A DNA stretch of 64,000 nucleotides from Squalus acanthias. Its lineage: Eukaryota. How positions within the stretch are numbered: position 1 is the first letter of the stretch; each line of letters starts with the position of its first letter. The position numbers were made by a program, and so were the translations under genes. Location: contig CM059431.1 in the NCBI GenBank assembly GCA_030390025.1, positions 142,788,001 through 142,852,000 on the forward strand, written 5' to 3'. Under the pieces are notes generated by a model. It worked only from the letters and a program-made list of their open reading frames with translations. It had not been told where the DNA came from and did not search any database. Of this stretch, positions 24,268 to 34,115 are shown piece by piece.

Positions 24268-27185
24268 ACATACATCGGATTACATCGGATATACAGGCGC
24301 AGTAACGGGCCATTCGGCCCAAACAGGCTATGTCGTCTTTAATGCTCCTCTCGAGCCCCCACCCGCCTTTCCTCATCGAAATCGATCAGCATAATCCTCT
24401 ATTCCCTTCTCCCTCATATGCTTGTCTAGCCTCCCCTTAAATGCATCTACACTTTTCACTTCAACCACTCCCTGTGGCAGCAAGTTCCACATTCTCGCCA
24501 CTCTTTGGGTAAAGAAGTTTCTTCTTAATTCCCTGTTGGATTGCTTGGTGACTATCTTATATTGATGGCCTTTAGTTATGCTCCTCCCAAAAGAGTGGAT
24601 ACAGAGAGAATGTTTCCACTTTCAAAAGCTTTCATAATTTTAAATACCTCTATTGGGTCACCCCTCAGCCTTTTTTCAAGGAAAATGAGACCCTGTTCAT
24701 CCTTTCCTGATATGTATACCCTCGCATTTCAGGTATCATCCTTGTATATCATCTCTGCACCCTCTCCAGTGCCTCTATATCCGTTTTATAACATGGCGAC
24801 CAGAACTGTACGCAGTACTGCAAGTGTGGTCTAACCAAGCTTCGATACAGGTTTAGCATAACTTCCTTACTTTTTAATTCTATACCTCTAGAAATAAAAA
24901 AAAGCAAACCAAGAACTAGGGTTTAAGGCCTTGCTAACCAGTGTCGCAACTTCTAGTGATTTGTACTCCTAGATCCCTTTGTTCCTCTACCCTCCAAGTG
25001 ATGTGACCTCACTATTCTTCCTACCAAAATGTAATACCTCCCATTTATCGGTGTTGAACTTCATTTGCCAATTATATGCCCATTCAGCAAGTTTATTAAT
25101 GTCCTCCTGTATCTTGTTGCAGTCCTCCTCAGTAATGACCAACACCCCCCGCCCCGCCCAATTTGGCATCAACTGCAAATTTAGAAATTGTGCTTTTGAT
25201 TCCCAAGTCTAAATCGTTAATGTAAATTGTGAACAGCATTAGTCCCAGCACTGATCCTTGTAGAACACCACTACCCACCTTCTGCCACTGTGAATAGCTA
25301 CCCTTTACTCCTACTCTCTGCTTTCTGTCCTGAAGCCAGCCAGCAATCCATTCTGTTACTTGTCCCCTGACTCCGCATTCGCTGACCTTGTTCATCAGTC
25401 TATTATGGGTACATTATCGAAGGCCTTTTGAAATTCCAGATAAATTACATCTACTGCATTTCCATTGTCTACTCTCTCGGTTACCTCTCCAAAAAATTCA
25501 ATAAGGTTGGTCAAGCAAGACTTTCCCTTTTGAAATCCATGTTGTATATTCATTATTATTTTTGGTTTCTAGATGTTCTATTTTCTCCTTTAGTAGGGAT
25601 TCCATAATTTTTCCTACCACCGATATTAAGCTGACTGGTCTATAATTCTCTGGACATGTTCTATCCCCCTTCTTAAATAACGGTATTATGTTAGCTATCC
25701 GCCAGTCCTCTGGCTCTATACCTTTTTCTAACGAATTATTAAATATGTGTAATAATGCCTCTGCTATCTCTTCCCTAGGATTCTTTTAAAATGCGTGGAT
25801 GCAATCCATCCAGACCAGGGGTTTTATCCTCTTTGAGTTTGATTAATTTATTTAATATATCACATTTATTATTTTAAATTCACTCCTATCATTTCTAATC
25901 TCATCATCCAATGTCATGTCCAAATGTTCTATCTCCCTGGTAAATACTGAAGTAAAATAATTTAATATTTCTGCCATCTCTCTATCGTTACCTGTGGTAT
26001 TGTCCTGACTATCCCATAATGGCCGTATTCCCATCCCAACCTTCAATTTTTTATTGATGTGCCTATAAAATATTTTACTGTTTGGTCCCTGATAATTTAA
26101 TTTCATAGTTCCTATTTGCCTCCCGAATTGATTTTTGACTTCTCTCCTAATCTTTTCGTATTCTCTCTTATCATGCCCTCCCCTGCTGTCTATGTACTTA
26201 ATGTATGCCTCTTTCCTTACCCTCAATTTTGCCCTTATGGCTTTATTCATCCACAGAGTCTCATTATTGTTTAGTTTGTTCTTTCCTTTTAGTGGAATAT
26301 ATTTTTCCTGCTCTCTGTTGAATACCATTTCAAATGTTTCCCATTAATGTTTCCAATTGCTATTCTGCATCATTGCTTGAAAATATTGTTGCCCATTTTT
26401 GTTTCCCAAGTTCTACTCTCAGCCCCTCAAAATCAACCTTTCCCCAATCTATTAACCTGGTTTTCATCATACTTGTGTCCTTCTCAATTATCATCTTAAA
26501 GTGTATTATATTATGGTCACTATTGCCTATATGTTCCCCTACCTTTACTTCTCTTATCTGCTGTGGTTCATTCCCCATTACTAGATCCAATATCGAATCC
26601 TCCCTGGTTGGGCTTTTTACATATTGGGTTAGAAAAGAGTCCTGTACACATTGTAGGAACTCCATTCCCTTATCCCCTTTACCTACCTCTTGTGTCCAAT
26701 TAATATCATGGTAGTTGAAATCCCCCATGATTATTATTCGATGCTTTTTACTCATTCCCCTGATTTGTTTGCATATTTCTTCCTCCACCTCCCTTCCACT
26801 ATTAGGTGGTCTGTAGACTACGCCTATTAGTGTGATTGATCCTTATTATCTTTTATCTCTATCCATATGGATTCTATTTTGTCTTGCTGATATCTGCGCC
26901 ACTTTTATCTACTGCCATTATGTTATCCCTAATAAGTACAGATACTCCACCCCCCCCCCCTTTATCCCTCTCTATCTTTTCTAAATATGTTATATCCTGC
27001 AATGTTTAATTCCCAGTCCTGATTTTTCTGTAGCCATGTCTCAGTAATCACGATTATGTTTGGTTCCTCACGACGTATGATTGCCTCCAGCTCCCCTGTC
27101 TTATTACAGACACTATGAGCACTGCTGTACAGACAGTTTAACTCATTTTTAATAGGATTTCCTCTCACTTTATGTTTAACCATCT
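24268..27185 (-). mobile_element. CR1 LINE with APE endonuclease and RT, disrupted
   Basis: ITETWL, MGDFN, GNSDHN, VLQGSVLG in ORFs 25129-27213. Confidence 0.93.
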
Positions 27186-28014
27186 TACTAAAGTAAACTG
27201 AGTCTCTCATCATCGCTCAGCCCCTTCATCTCAGCTCTCACCCTGAACAATTCCAGCCGGACTCCCTCCAGAGCCAATCTGTCCTTCCTGGGACAGGCGT
27301 CCCAAGCTCAACACACCGAGTTCCAGCTCACTGACCAACTGCAGTGACCTCGAGTGTTGTTTAGAGCTGGAATCCAAGGTTTAGTGATTTCTGTATCTAG
27401 AGTGAACTCCGTGTGACCCTCTCCCAGTCATTCCCTATTCACGCTGTATTCCAGTCTGTAACCCTTCAATCCAGAGTGTATTGTCCCACATTGTGTTACA
27501 TTAAACTACTTCCACAATCCCACCACTGTCTGCCTGACCAGCCTAGGATTGGCGGACACTGTGGAGCCCGTGTTCCTGGTCACTCTCGCTCGGCCCCTCT
27601 GAACAATGAGAGGGATGGTGGGGAACGGGAGCAGGTTGAGCCGAGGGCCCCAGTGTTGGACAGACCGCCCTCGGTCACTGTCCGAGCGGACACTGAGAAT
27701 GGCGATAGCCGCCCGGGAATGGATTGGCCACAGCGGCCCGTGGAACAGGATCTCCCCGGGAGAGCCCGGCTTTAAACGGGTAGAGTAAAGAATCAATGCC
27801 GAGTGAGACAGAATACAGGTTCAGAGCTCCATTCACATGACCTTGGTCCCCGGGATTCTCCGTCTCTCTGCAAGCTCCGTCTGTGGAGATTCACTGCAGC
27901 CAATGGCTGGTTTTCACGGAGCGACTCACAGTTTGATCATTTGAGCTGATCCTTGTTGTTGAGATTTGTCCCGAGTTTCACCCTCTGGGGAAAAGCTGCT
28001 TTCTGCTCGGAGAC

Positions 28015-28663
28015 TCCACTGCGCATGCCCGGGAAACCGGAACTTCCGGTCCGGTGAAATAAGGGTTCGAGGGTCAACCGCATGCGCGGGAGAGGCAGCG
28101 CGCGCGCAGCGAACTTCCGGTTTTTACAGGTTTTGGAGTGAGGGATAAGTCAAGGCTTGCTTTTAACAAGGTAAGTGGGGAATTAACTAAAATTAAAACA
28201 TTTTCCCCATAGGTTTATCTTTTTTAAATACTTTAAAGAAAGGTAAGTTTATTTTTAGCCCCGTTAAAAACTGTAATTAATTTTTTCAAAAATGTAAATT
28301 ATTGTTTAAAATAGTTAATTTATGTAATTTATAGTTATTTTAAAAATGTGATGTTTTTTAAAATGTATTTGAAGTTTTAGTGAGGTTTTGGGGCCGATCT
28401 CTATTCATTGATTGGACAGGTCTTCCTGTCAAATCTATGAATGGAGATTCCCTGCTCCGATTGGCTCTCCATGGCCCACGTGATCCCAGGGGACGCTTCG
28501 AACTAACTGCGCCCCTGGGATAAGCGAGCACTGCACACCGGCAGCTGGAGGAGGCCCAGGATCGGAATCCCACGCGGGCCCACATCACAACGGCAGGCGC
28601 GCTAGGTAAGTGAAGGTCGGGGGCTTGCACCCGCGGGAAGCCTCCGTCCCGAATTTCTGGCCC
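28015..28663 (+). mobile_element. Internally deleted non-autonomous Harbinger relative, left end truncated
   Basis: 28020-28150 matches 28735-28870; 28532-28663 matches 32262-32391; ends in GAATTTCTGGCCC. Confidence 0.7.
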
Positions 28664-28714
28664 GAAATTCCGTTCCCCACGGGTGTATATGCGCTGTGTA
28701 CTCACCCGTAGGGC

Positions 28715-28870
28715 CAACGGAAGTGCCGGTTTCGCGCATGCGCTGGAAACCGGAACTTCCGTTCTCTTGAAGGAAGGGGTTCACAGGTCAACCGCTTGCG
28801 CTGGAGAGGCAGCGCGCAGACCTGGAACTTCCGTGTTTTTCTCAGCTGGTGCAGTGCGGGTAAGTCCCTA
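28715..28870 (+). promoter_or_regulatory. Putative transposase promoter with NRF1 and ETS/GABP motifs
   Basis: GCGCATGCGC, CGGAAGT, and ACTTCCG twice; downstream donor GAG|GTAAGT at 29012. Confidence 0.5.
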
Positions 28871-29267
28871 GCAGCTGCGCGTGGAAAAAGCCGGCGTACA
28901 GCCTTGGCAGAAGCTCCTGGACAATCAGGAAGAACTCTTTCAGCAGTGGGGCTAATAAACGGAACATTTTTAATTGTGAAAGGGAGCAAAGTTCTTTTCA
29001 GAAAGTCTGAGGTAAGTTTCCAACTTTAAAAATTTGTTAAAAACGGGTTTGGACCATGTTTTGAGTAGTGTAGTTATAAGGAGCAACTCTTGCTGTGTGC
29101 AAGACCTAATTGAATTAGATTTTTTTCTTAAATGTGAAAATGATTGTTTAAAAATGAATTATGTAACATTTACAAAAGTTAAAAAAAATAAAATATCAAT
29201 TATATTCCTTTAAGTATGTATGTATGACTTTCTGTAAATGTTAGTTATTGGAAAATCATCTCGGGCC

Positions 29268-29405
29268 GTGATATTGATCAGGCGGGTATGAGGTGTGCCC
29301 GATCCGATACCGCACGTTCCACACCAGAGCCCCACGTGATATTGATCAGGCGGGTATGAGGTGTGCCCGATCCGATACTGCACGTTTCACACCAGAGCCC
29401 CACTT
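29268..29405. repeat. 69-bp tandem duplication
   Basis: GTGATATTGATCAGGCGGGTATGAGG... occurs twice. Confidence 0.9.
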
Positions 29406-29509
29406 GATTTTCTAGCCACTTACTTTATTGAAATTACTTTGACAACTCTTTCCATTTTTTCCTTACAAGTACTTTATCTGTTTAAAGAGGAAGCCTGTGA
29501 GGGAGAAAC

Positions 29510-30657
29510 ATGCCCCTTGAGGATGTTGCCCTGATCCTCGGTGCGATTTTGCTTCAGAGAATTGGAAACGCCAGGGAACAAGAAAGAAGACTGAGGAACC
29601 ATAACCGTCTCCAGATCAGGAGGAACTACTACCCACCCCAGAGAGTGTACAAGGAGAGGCTGTCATTTGAGTTGCTTTCGGAGGAGTTGTGTGTGAGGAG
29701 GCTGCGCTTCAGTAAAGAGGCAATCGGCCGACTATGTGACATGTTAAAGGAGGACCTTCAAACACGCTCGAAGACCGTCACTGCCTTGTCAGTGAATATG
29801 AAGGTAACCACAGCATTGAACTTCTTTGCAAGTGGGTCATATCAGTCAAGCACCGGTAACATTACCAACATCTCCAAGAATGCTGCGAGGGCTTGCATTC
29901 ACCAGGTCACAGATGCCATTTTCCGTAGGGCTTCAGAGTTCATTGACTTTGACTTGTCCACTCGCCATCAAAAGGAGATGGCTCTTGCATTTTATAGCAT
30001 TGCTGGATTCCCCAAAGTGATTGGGGCCATTGATGGAACACATGTTGCATTGAAGGCACCACTGGGTGCACCTGTGACATACATCAACAGGAAGGGGTTC
30101 ATTCATTGAATGTTATGATAGTCTGTGATGCGCACCTCAGGATCCTAAACGTGAATGCAGAGCACCGGGGAAGTAATCATGACTCCTTCGTCCTCCATAA
30201 CTCGAACTTATATGGCGCCCTCAGCGCATTGCCTCCAGGATCCGCATGGATATTGGGCGACAAGGGCTACCCGCTAAGACCATGGCTGATGACTCCCTAC
30301 CGCAAGACCAGTAATGAGGCTCAGGAGAGATACAACCAGGCACACGTGTCCACACGGCAAGTGGTGGAGAGGACAATCAGACTTCTGAAATCACGCTTCC
30401 GGTGCCTGGACAGGTCAGGGGGGACCTTGCAGTATTCTCCTCAGAAAGTGGCAAGGATTGTGGTGGCCTGTTGTGCTTTGCATAACTTTGCCCTGCGGGT
30501 AGGACTGACCCTTAACGCTGCAGAGGAACTACCTGCTGAAATGGAGGACATGGACGATGCCGATGTGCCTGTGGCCAGGCCTGATGGGGAGGAGCCAAGT
30601 GCTGCTGAAAGTAAGGCTGCTCGGGAACAGCTAGTAGCCCACACCTTCACGAGGTAG
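29510..30657 (+). pseudogene. Harbinger (HARBI1-like) DDE transposase with one 1-bp frameshift near 30100
   Basis: RLRFSK, ALNFFASG, GAIDGTHV, NRKGF, GSNHDS, ILGDKGY, VVERTI..LKSRFRCL; adding one base restores NRKGFHSLNV. Confidence 0.93.
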
Positions 30658-31183
30658 TGTCGCCTTGTACCTCTCCCTCCCCCAGCAAGGCAAAGAAAGG
30701 AACAGAAACAATTTAAAGTGAAACAGTGAACTTTTATTGCAGCATCAAGGACTTTTCAGGTTCAGTTTTGATGTACATAGTTTATAACTTTTAAATGTTA
30801 ACTAGCTATTTTCTACTTTTCAAACATTCGCAAACATAATAGTTTAGAATAAAATTTGTAAACAGTTTAAAGTGACTTTTTTGGTTTCTTAGCGCAATTA
30901 AGACATTCAAGATGGAAACTAGCTATTTTCTAAATTTCAAACAGTTGTAATTTTAAATATTTTTGCAAATAAAAAAGTTGAATTTTTTTTCAAAGTGACT
31001 AGAGGCTGTACTTTTTAAACGAAAAGGTTACATACACTTTCAGTCACAAATATATATTTCAATAAAAAAAGCAACGACAACATTTAACATTTAAATAAAA
31101 TGAAAAATTAAACAATTGAACGATTTGCCCCCTCGCATCTGTGCCTGAGGGTCAAAGGAGGTGGATTGTGCAATAGGTGACAC

Positions 31184-32250
31184 CTACTGTCTCCTGCGCT
31201 TTCCCCCTTCCCGTGACCGGAGCCCTCTGCTGCCAAGTGAAAGGCCCCTGTGTACAATCTCTGGCCCTTCAGCAATTGGCTCCTGACAGGGTTGCTGCTG
31301 CTGCTGCTGCAAGGCAACGTTTGCTTGCATCACGACTGACGGAGCAGCTGGCTCTTGGGTCCGCACTGTTTCTGTGCTGGGAGCAGGTAAGGGCGGTTCT
31401 GCGGGAGTCAAAGTAATGGCAGCAGAAAGTGGTTCAAGCAACTGCAAGAGTCGAACGAGAGACTCATTTATTTGATTAAGCGCCACTGTAACATGATCTT
31501 GTTTTTGCAACTGCAATACTATCTGATTAAGTGACATGTTAACATCTTTACCAAGATCATCAATTCCCTGCCTGATGGAGGCAAGAGAGTCAACTTTCTT
31601 CTCAGTAAGAGAACACATCGATTGCCTCAACCCTTCAATCTGTTGCACGTGAGCTTGTAAGTCATTCCGTTCTGTTGAATGTCTTTCTGCTTCTCCCACC
31701 TGCTCTGCAGTATCAGGCTGGTGTCTGTCTGTGGAACAACAGTCATCGGTGCCTCGCACAGAGCCAGAGGGGCCAGGAGATGGAGAGGGACTGTGCAGCA
31801 ACCCAGGGTCCATACCCTCCTCTTCCACTAGCTGACAAAGCACAAATTGCTCCTGCTCCTCCATCACCTCACTCACTGCTTCCACTGTATCAGTAACTCC
31901 CTTCCCCAATGCCCTCTGCGGCCGCAGACTCAACGCACTGCTCATCCCGTGTGTCAGAGGTATGCTGTCCACCTGTGGAAAGGAAACAGTAAACATTTGC
32001 AAAGGTGAAGCATGATCTGCCACATCACAGAAGCTGATATTCAACACACACCTAACATTTTTAAACATATAGCTGGCCAGAGCAACTCACGTTTACGTAT
32101 ACCAATGTCTGATTCTACACCAGCCAAGGGGCAACCGCTACTAAATCCAAACAGCTGCTCGACCCTTTCCTCATGTTCGGATAAATCCCTTAGCGTGACA
32201 ACACCACCGCCTGTCAGTGCACGTTCTCTGCCGCTGTGAACAGTTTTACT
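31184..32250 (-). pseudogene. Harbinger Myb/SANT-like partner gene (exons 32250-32091 and 31972-31184); frameshifted, with the exon expected to carry the Myb domain missing
   Basis: Exon 32250-32091 has a TTTTAG acceptor and GTGAGT donor and encodes SKTVHSGRERALTGGGVVTLRDLSEHEERVEQLFG, the TGGG motif of Harbinger Myb-like proteins; the next exon encodes an acidic/coiled-coil region. Confidence 0.75.
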
Positions 32251-32869
32251 CTAAAATGAAATGCACACCGGCAGCTGGAGGAGGCCCAGGATCGGAATTC
32301 CACGCGGGCCCACAGCACAACGGCAGGCGCACTTGGTAAGTGCAGGTCGGGGGCTTGCACCCGCAGGAAGCCTCCAACCTGAATTTCTGGGTGCGAGTGT
32401 TTGTAAACTCATTGCCACCAATCGGAGGCTGTTCCTGGTTTTTTTCCTGCCAATCACAGTTTGGTAATTGGAGCTGATCCTTGTTATTTGAGATTTGAGC
32501 CACATCTCCGCCCTCTGACTGGAAGCTACTGTTTCAAGATATTAATCGAACCGGTTTGATAACTTGTTTAATTATGAACAAAGTGAGTTAGAAACAATTC
32601 TTTATGAAGTATTATCCCAATAAGAGAGACCCAGCTCAAGGAATGAATTTTAACGCCTCTATCTGGGACTTTATGAACCGTTCCATGGATTCCTGCTGTT
32701 TGATCTTTCAGACCAACACCTCAGGGCCAGTATCTGGTGTTTCAGTGCGGGGAGGGCGAGCCGCCTCGAAGAGCCAACACATTAACCATTTAAATGCTGA
32801 ATGAAGGTGTCCTTGAATGGGGAGGAAATGATGTCTCCATGGTCACTTCTCTCATGTGACTGGATGGTA

Positions 32870-33280
32870 TTCAGTGCCGCTCCCTGTTCACCCATCACCC
32901 CTGTGCTCACTGACCTACATTGGCTCCCGGTCCAGCAACACCTCGATTTTAAAGTTCTCATCCATGGCCTCCCTCCTCCCTATCTCGGTAACCACCTCCA
33001 GCCCTACAACACTCCGAGATCTCTGTACTCCTCCAATTCTGGCCTCTTGTACATCCCCGATTTCCTTCATAACTACATTGGCCTTCAGCTGCCTGGGCCC
33101 TAAGCTCTGGAATTCCCTCTCCGCCTCTCTCTCCTCCTTTAAGACTGTCTTTAAAACCTCCCTCTGTCAACAAGCATTTGGTCACCTGTCCGAATATCTC
33201 CTTACGTGACTTGGAGTCAATGATTTTTCAGATTACGCTCGAGACATTTTAATTCATTAAAGCAGCTACCGAAATTTCTA
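32870..33280 (+). mobile_element. L2-type LINE 3' fragment
   Basis: PITPVLTDLHWLPV and PKLWNSL..FKT motifs. Confidence 0.8.
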
Positions 33281-33314
33281 TTTTTGTTCTGAGACAGAGA
33301 AACGAAAGGGAGCG

Positions 33315-33853
33315 GATTAGACCGAGACAGAGGGTGGTTCAGTCTGAGAGAGGGGGGGTTCAGTCTGAGAGAGGGGACGGTTCAGTCTGAGACAGAGGGT
33401 GGTTCAGTCTGAGAGAGGGGACGGTTCAGCCTGAGAGAGGGGGCGGTTCAGTCTGAGAGAGGGGACGGTTCAGTCTGAGAGAGGGGACGGTTCAGTCTGA
33501 GAGAGGGGACGGTTCAGTCTGAGAGAGGGGACGGTTCAGTCTGAGAGAGGGGACGGTTCAGTCTGAGAGAGGGGACGGTTCAGTCTGAGAGAGGGGACGG
33601 TTCAGTCTGAGAGAGGGTGGTTCAGTCTGAGAGAGGGTGGTTCAGTCTGAGAGAGGGGACGGTTCAGTCTGAGAGAGGGTACGGTTCAGTCTGAGAGAGG
33701 GGACGGTTCAGTCTGAGAGAGGGTGGTTCAGTCTGAGAGAGGGGGGGGTTCAGTCTGAGAGAGAGGGCGGTTCAGTCTGAGAGAGGGGGGGTTCAGACTG
33801 AGAGAGGGGGCGGTTCAGTCTGAGAGGGGACGGTTCAGTCTGAGAGAGGGGAC
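33315..33853. repeat. 22-bp G-rich minisatellite (GGTTCAGTCTGAGAGAGGGGAC), left part
   Basis: Tandem unit read directly. Confidence 0.98.
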
Positions 33854-34036
33854 TGTGGTAACACTTTTCAGCTTCCTGTATGACATCACTTCCTGTAATC
33901 AGTCCAGGATAAATACTGGACTGATCAGTTAGCTCTGGAAGAGGCATAGGGTAAGACCTCTTTTGTATGCAGCACCGTTTTAAGTTGATTAAAGCTTACA
34001 TTAAGTTTACCACGCGTAAGGCTCATTCTTACGACA
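33854..34036 (+). repeat. 5' LTR (183 bp)
   Basis: Identical by eye to the 3' LTR; contains ATTAAA. Confidence 0.97.
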
Positions 34037-34115
34037 ATTTAATCAACTTTGGAAAAACTTCGCACTCAAACTTTTTGGACGAACTCGGAGCTAAGGATCC
34101 AGGGAATCACCCATC

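Larger units (their letters stand above)
28659..32391 (+). mobile_element. PIF/Harbinger DNA transposon with convergent transposase and Myb/SANT-like genes; defective
   Basis: Short TIR-like ends GGCCCGAAATTC ... GAATTTCTGGG; two tail-to-tail genes with AATAAA signals on both strands between them; no clear TSD seen. Confidence 0.85.

Noticed and set aside
27560..27790. MHC class I-like exon suggested by EPRAP
   Set aside because: Only a 5-residue resemblance; no other MHC motifs in frame
29510..30657. Host HARBI1 ortholog
   Set aside because: Flanked by transposon ends and a convergent Myb-like gene, and frameshifted; it looks like a TE copy
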